Source of the DNA: Synechococcus sp.
GTDB lineage: Bacteria; Cyanobacteriota; Cyanobacteriia; PCC-6307; Cyanobiaceae
Direction of reading: 5' to 3'
NCBI GenBank assembly: GCA_047284725.1
Contig: JBJBEO010000001.1
Coordinates: 640,001-704,000 of the forward strand
Length of the DNA stretch: 64,000 nucleotides
This document shows positions 60,197-64,000 of the stretch, piece after piece (positions within the stretch are counted from its first letter, which is position 1; every line of letters starts with the position of its first letter). Under the pieces are notes generated by a model. It made no database searches. It was not told the origin of the DNA and saw only the letters and a list, made by a program, of their open reading frames with translations. Made by a program: the position numbers and the translations under genes.

Positions 60197-61414
60197 TCAG
60201 GCTGTCGTGCTCGTTCTGTCTTCTTTCTGAATCAGGCCTCCTCCCAGCACCTTGTCTCCTTTGTAGAAAACGGCCGCTTGTCCTGGTGTCAGTGAAAACT
60301 GGGCCTCATCAAAGTGCAGACGGCAACGATGGGGTCGGCCTCCCGTGCAGTCAGTGTCGGTGGCTTGAACAGGGGTGAGCCATGCGCCAACAGGTTCACT
60401 GCGATAGCGCACTTGGACCTCCACCCGTTGACGTTCCCCCAGGCACGGTGGAGCGACTGACACCCAGTTAACGGCGCCCACCAGGCAATGGTCGGTGCCC
60501 GCTTCAGCCCGGGTGGCCACCACCACTTGATTCAGGGCTGCATCCAGACGGATGACGTGCAGCGGTTCCCTCCAGGCCACTCCAAGGCCTTTGCGCTGGC
60601 CGATGGTGAAGTGCTCAATGCCGTCGTGCTGTCCCACCACCGTGCCATCGAGCAGCACGATCTCACCATTGCGAGCAGGCAGGTAAGTGTCGAGAAAGGC
60701 CCGCATCGAGCCGTGGTGGTCAGCGAGGCAGAGGTCCTGGCTTTCGGGCTTCTTGGCTGTTCTCAGCCCGAATCGTTCCGCTTCAAGTCGTGTATCGGGC
60801 TTGGTGAGTTCGCCCAGGGGAAACACCAGGCGGCCGAGGGCTTCCTGCGGCAGGTCGTAGAGGAAATAGCTCTGGTCTTTGCGGCGGTCCAGTCCCCGCA
60901 GCAACTGATGGCGACCGTTCTCGCTCCGGTCGCCATGGCGAACCCGGGCGTAGTGGCCGGTGGCAATGCGCGCGATGCTGCGTTCCTGCTCAGCCCAAGC
61001 CAGCATCGGACCGAATTTCACCTCCCGATTGCAACGGGAGCAGGGCAAAGGGGTGACACCATCGGCATAGCCCTGCACCAGAAAGTCAACGATCTGCTCT
61101 TTGAAATGTTCGCGGAAGTCCACCACGTGGTGGGGCACGCCAAGCTGCTCGCAGATTCCGGCTGCATCCACCAGGCCTTCAGCGCAGCAAGCCCCCTTCC
61201 CACTCATCAGCCAGAGGGTCAGTCCTTCCACTTGCCAGCCCGCCTCCACCAGCAGGGCGGCGGTCAGGGAGCTGTCGACACCGCCCGAGAGACCCACAGC
61301 CACGTGGTGCTCGCCTGGCCACTGACGCAACCGTTCGAGGGTCTGTTGGCCTGCCACGGTCGCAGGCGTGTTGGTGGCAGGTGTGCTGGTGATGGAGGCC
61401 GGTCGACTCGACAT
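60197..61414 (-). CDS. mnmA: tRNA-specific 2-thiouridylase
   Basis: SGGVDS, PCSRCN, ATGHY, KDQSYFL, ESQDLC, TIGQRKG, PGQ; start approximate. Confidence 0.95.
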   Translation of the reverse strand: MSSRPASITSTPATNTPATVAGQQTLERLRQWPGEHHVAVGLSGGVDSSLTAALLVEAGWQVEGLTLWLMSGKGACCAEGLVDAAGICEQLGVPHHVVDFREHFKEQIVDFLVQGYADGVTPLPCSRCNREVKFGPMLAWAEQERSIARIATGHYARVRHGDRSENGRHQLLRGLDRRKDQSYFLYDLPQEALGRLVFPLGELTKPDTRLEAERFGLRTAKKPESQDLCLADHHGSMRAFLDTYLPARNGEIVLLDGTVVGQHDGIEHFTIGQRKGLGVAWREPLHVIRLDAALNQVVVATRAEAGTDHCLVGAVNWVSVAPPCLGERQRVEVQVRYRSEPVGAWLTPVQATDTDCTGGRPHRCRLHFDEAQFSLTPGQAAVFYKGDKVLGGGLIQKEDRTSTTA

Positions 61415-61477
61415 GGTGGGTTCTGGCGGCATGGGCGGCACCGCTGGATCTCTCCATAGTGAGGTCCCGGCGGTTCT

Positions 61478-63067
61478 GTGGTGTCTTGGCCCCCTGTTGA
61501 CTCCGACCATTGCCTCGTGAGTACGGCCGAAATGGCGGCTCTCGAACAGGAGTGGTTGGCCAGTGGTCTGCCCGTCCCCGCTTTGATGGAGAAGGTGGGG
61601 TTGGCGATGGCGGCCTGGTGTTTGGCCAGGCCCCAGCTGTTGACCGATGGAGTGCTGGTGTTGGTGGGGCCTGGCCACAACGGCGGCGATGGTTTGGTGG
61701 TGGCCCGTGAGCTGGCCCAGGCGGGGGTGAGGGTCCGTTTTTGGTGTCCTTTGCCCCTGCGTCAGGCGTTGACCCAGGAGCACCATCGCCATCTTCAGTG
61801 GCTGGGCATGGCTGAACTGACCGATCCCCCCGACCCCAACAGCCCCGAGTTGTGGCTGGAGGCCTTGTTCGGTTTGGGGCAGAAGCGGCCGCTGCCAGCC
61901 TCGTTGGCATCGCTTTTGCGCCAGCGTCAGCAGCTCCGACCTGGTCGCCTGGTGAGCGTGGATTTGCCGGCGGGCCTTGATGGTGACTGCGGCCGACCCT
62001 TCGAGGGAGGAGCCGCTGTGGCCTGCGCCACCCTCACCGTGGGGTTGATCAAGCGCGGCCTGGTGCAGGACGCCGCCCTGGAGCATGTCGGCGCCCTGCA
62101 TCGGATTGAGGCCGGTGTTCCCCAGCGCTTGTTGGCAGGCCTGGGTGAGCGCCCTGTGCTTCAGGTGAGCGGCGACGATCTGCTTTCTCTGCCCTGGCCC
62201 AGGCCCCACAGGGCGGCGATGAAATACCAGCGCGGACGCCTGCTGGTGATGGCTGGAAGCGAGCGGTACCGCGGTGCAGCCTTTCTGGTGCTGGAGGGCG
62301 CTTTGGCCAGTGGTGCCGGAAGTGTGCGGGCTGCTCTGCCCAAGGATCTGGCTGCGGCCATTTGGCAACAATTGCCCGAAGTCGTGCTGGAGGCTGCCTT
62401 GCCAGCGCCGGCGGCCGCCGGCCTGGACTGGGGGGGGTGGCTGCATCGAGACGCCCTGACCCGGCTGGATGCTGTGTTGCTGGGGCCTGGAATCGGCGTG
62501 GCTGCTGGCCTGTGGGAGGCCCAGGCTGAGCCCTTGCTGTCCTTCCCCGGTTTGCTGGTGCTTGATGCTGATGGCTTGAATCAGTTGGCCGCATCGTCCG
62601 TCGGTTGGCGGTGGCTTCTTGCGCGATCGGGTCCGACCTGGATCACCCCCCATGCCGGAGAATTTGCACGGTTGTTTCCTGAATTCGATCTTGTTCAACC
62701 GCTTGAGGCGGCAAGACGCGCCGCCGATTGCAGTGGTGCTTATGTGGTGCTCAAGGGAGCCCACAGCGTGGTGGCAGCGCCTGGGAGGGCTCTGCATCAA
62801 CTGATCAGTGGTCACCCAAGGACGGCGCGGACTGGTCTTGGCGATGTGCTGGCTGGGTTCGTCGCTGGCTGGGGGGCTCAGGTGATGGCAGCTCAAGAGC
62901 CGGAGGGCATGGGTTCTGGCAGTGCCTGGCTGGGTGAAGCACTCAGCGCAGCGGTTTTATTGCATGGTGAAGCGGCCCGTACCTCCCATCAGGGTTCGAC
63001 AGCCCGGGATGTTGTGCGTCGCTTGGCGGAGTTGGTGGTGGAAGCGTCTGACGGGGGCGATGGCTGA
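61478..63067 (+). CDS. nnr: Bifunctional NAD(P)H-hydrate epimerase/dehydratase
   Basis: [43 protein letters not shown]. Confidence 0.92.
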   Translation: MVSWPPVDSDHCLVSTAEMAALEQEWLASGLPVPALMEKVGLAMAAWCLARPQLLTDGVLVLVGPGHNGGDGLVVARELAQAGVRVRFWCPLPLRQALTQEHHRHLQWLGMAELTDPPDPNSPELWLEALFGLGQKRPLPASLASLLRQRQQLRPGRLVSVDLPAGLDGDCGRPFEGGAAVACATLTVGLIKRGLVQDAALEHVGALHRIEAGVPQRLLAGLGERPVLQVSGDDLLSLPWPRPHRAAMKYQRGRLLVMAGSERYRGAAFLVLEGALASGAGSVRAALPKDLAAAIWQQLPEVVLEAALPAPAAAGLDWGGWLHRDALTRLDAVLLGPGIGVAAGLWEAQAEPLLSFPGLLVLDADGLNQLAASSVGWRWLLARSGPTWITPHAGEFARLFPEFDLVQPLEAARRAADCSGAYVVLKGAHSVVAAPGRALHQLISGHPRTARTGLGDVLAGFVAGWGAQVMAAQEPEGMGSGSAWLGEALSAAVLLHGEAARTSHQGSTARDVVRRLAELVVEASDGGDG

Positions 63068-63226
63068 AACAGCCTGCAAACACTCAGAACGCTGTGATTT
63101 GCAACAAATGTGTTGTGGCGTTTGTGTCGATTTCGTCGCATGAATCTGAAGGGTTGCTGAAAACACATCGCGACTTCGATTTTTCGTAGGAAAGTTGCTC
63201 CATCAATTGCCTAGTCGGAGATCACC

Positions 63227-64000
63227 ATGGCCTCTCTGGCAGCCTCTCTCGCAGACTCACAGCGACGTCGAAGTAGCGATCCGATCAGCTGGTACCTCGC
63301 CACGATCGGGCGGATTCCCCTTCTCACTCCCTCTGAGGAGATTGAACTGGGCAATCAGGTTCAAGTCATGATGACGCTCACAGAGGATGGCACGATCGCT
63401 CCTGATAGCGATCAGTTCAGCTCGAAAGACCGGCGCATGATCCGTGTTGGTCGTCGAGCCAAGGAACGAATGATGAAGGCCAACCTTCGCCTTGTGGTGA
63501 GTGTGGCCAAGAAGTACCAGGGCAAGGGTCTGGAGCTTTTGGATCTGATTCAGGAAGGGTCCCTGGGTCTAGAGCGGGCTGTTGAGAAATTCGATCCCAC
63601 CCGTGGTTATAAGTTTTCAACCTATGCCTTCTGGTGGATTCGCCAGAGCATGACCCGCGCCATTGCCTGTCAGTCGCGCACGATTCGCCTGCCGGTTCAT
63701 TTGAGTGAGCGGCTAACCACCATTCGCAAAGTGAGTCTTGATCTTGCTCACAAACTTGGTGCCATGCCTTCGCGCATAGAAATCGCTGAAGCGATGGATA
63801 TGCCCCTCGATGAGCTTGATTCGCTGCTGCGCCAGGCCCTCACCACCAGCAGTCTTGACGCCCCTGTGAATGGTGAGGAAGGCCGCAGCTTCCTGGGTGA
63901 TTTGATTGCTGACAGCTCCACCGATGAGCCCTTGGCGAAAGTGGAGCAGAGCATTTATCATGAGCAACTGGGACGCTGGCTCGGCCACCTCAGCGATCAG
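63227..64000 (+). CDS. RpoD/SigA-family group 2 sigma factor (truncated by window end)
   Basis: Own translation: SDPISWYLATIGRIPLL, ANLRLVVSVAKKY, DLIQEG, KFDPTRGYKFSTYAFWWIRQ; no stop codon within the window. Confidence 0.93.
   Translation, partial: MASLAASLADSQRRRSSDPISWYLATIGRIPLLTPSEEIELGNQVQVMMTLTEDGTIAPDSDQFSSKDRRMIRVGRRAKERMMKANLRLVVSVAKKYQGKGLELLDLIQEGSLGLERAVEKFDPTRGYKFSTYAFWWIRQSMTRAIACQSRTIRLPVHLSERLTTIRKVSLDLAHKLGAMPSRIEIAEAMDMPLDELDSLLRQALTTSSLDAPVNGEEGRSFLGDLIADSSTDEPLAKVEQSIYHEQLGRWLGHLSDQ

Noticed and set aside
61415..62896. 899-aa ORF suggesting an MnmA fusion with a long N-terminal extension
   Set aside because: The extension is the antisense shadow of nnr; MnmA motifs only begin near 61.3 kb.

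Overview
A 64-kb window of a high-GC marine picocyanobacterial chromosome, most consistent with Synechococcus (chlG, clpR-clpP, ftsQ-ftsZ, Yfr-type sRNAs, group 2 sigma factor). Most of 11-64 kb is core housekeeping: trmH, rsmB, a PBP1A, chlG, petP, hisF, menG, glyQ, comEC, cbiB, ilvC, clpP/clpR, hemW, panB, SRP RNA, ftsZ/ftsQ, ddl, miaB, folC, argD, murA, lpdA, trpC, sodB, an FKBP, lnt, mnmA, nnr, a partial sigma factor and four tRNAs. The first ~11 kb is a type IV pilus locus. It has an AT-rich, apparently exchanged cassette (large PilX-like protein, O-antigen-ligase-family putative oligosaccharyltransferase, and the variable 3' part of a major pilin ending in Ser). Next to it lies a GC-rich block with two histidine kinases, one OmpR-type regulator and four translationally coupled minor pilins, and an 11-bp-period repeat sits in the pilin promoter. 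The best candidates for an undescribed system are (i) TfpO-like pilin glycosylation with its own two-component control and (ii) a convergent pair of complementary sRNAs (Yfr2 and a double-motif Yfr1/Yfr10-like RNA) at 46.8-47.0 kb. Single-gene accessory insertions include a MASE1-CHASE-GGDEF diguanylate cyclase, a SnoaL-like protein and an AT-rich lipoprotein. All calls come from reading the sequence; no searches were run and GC statements are by eye.
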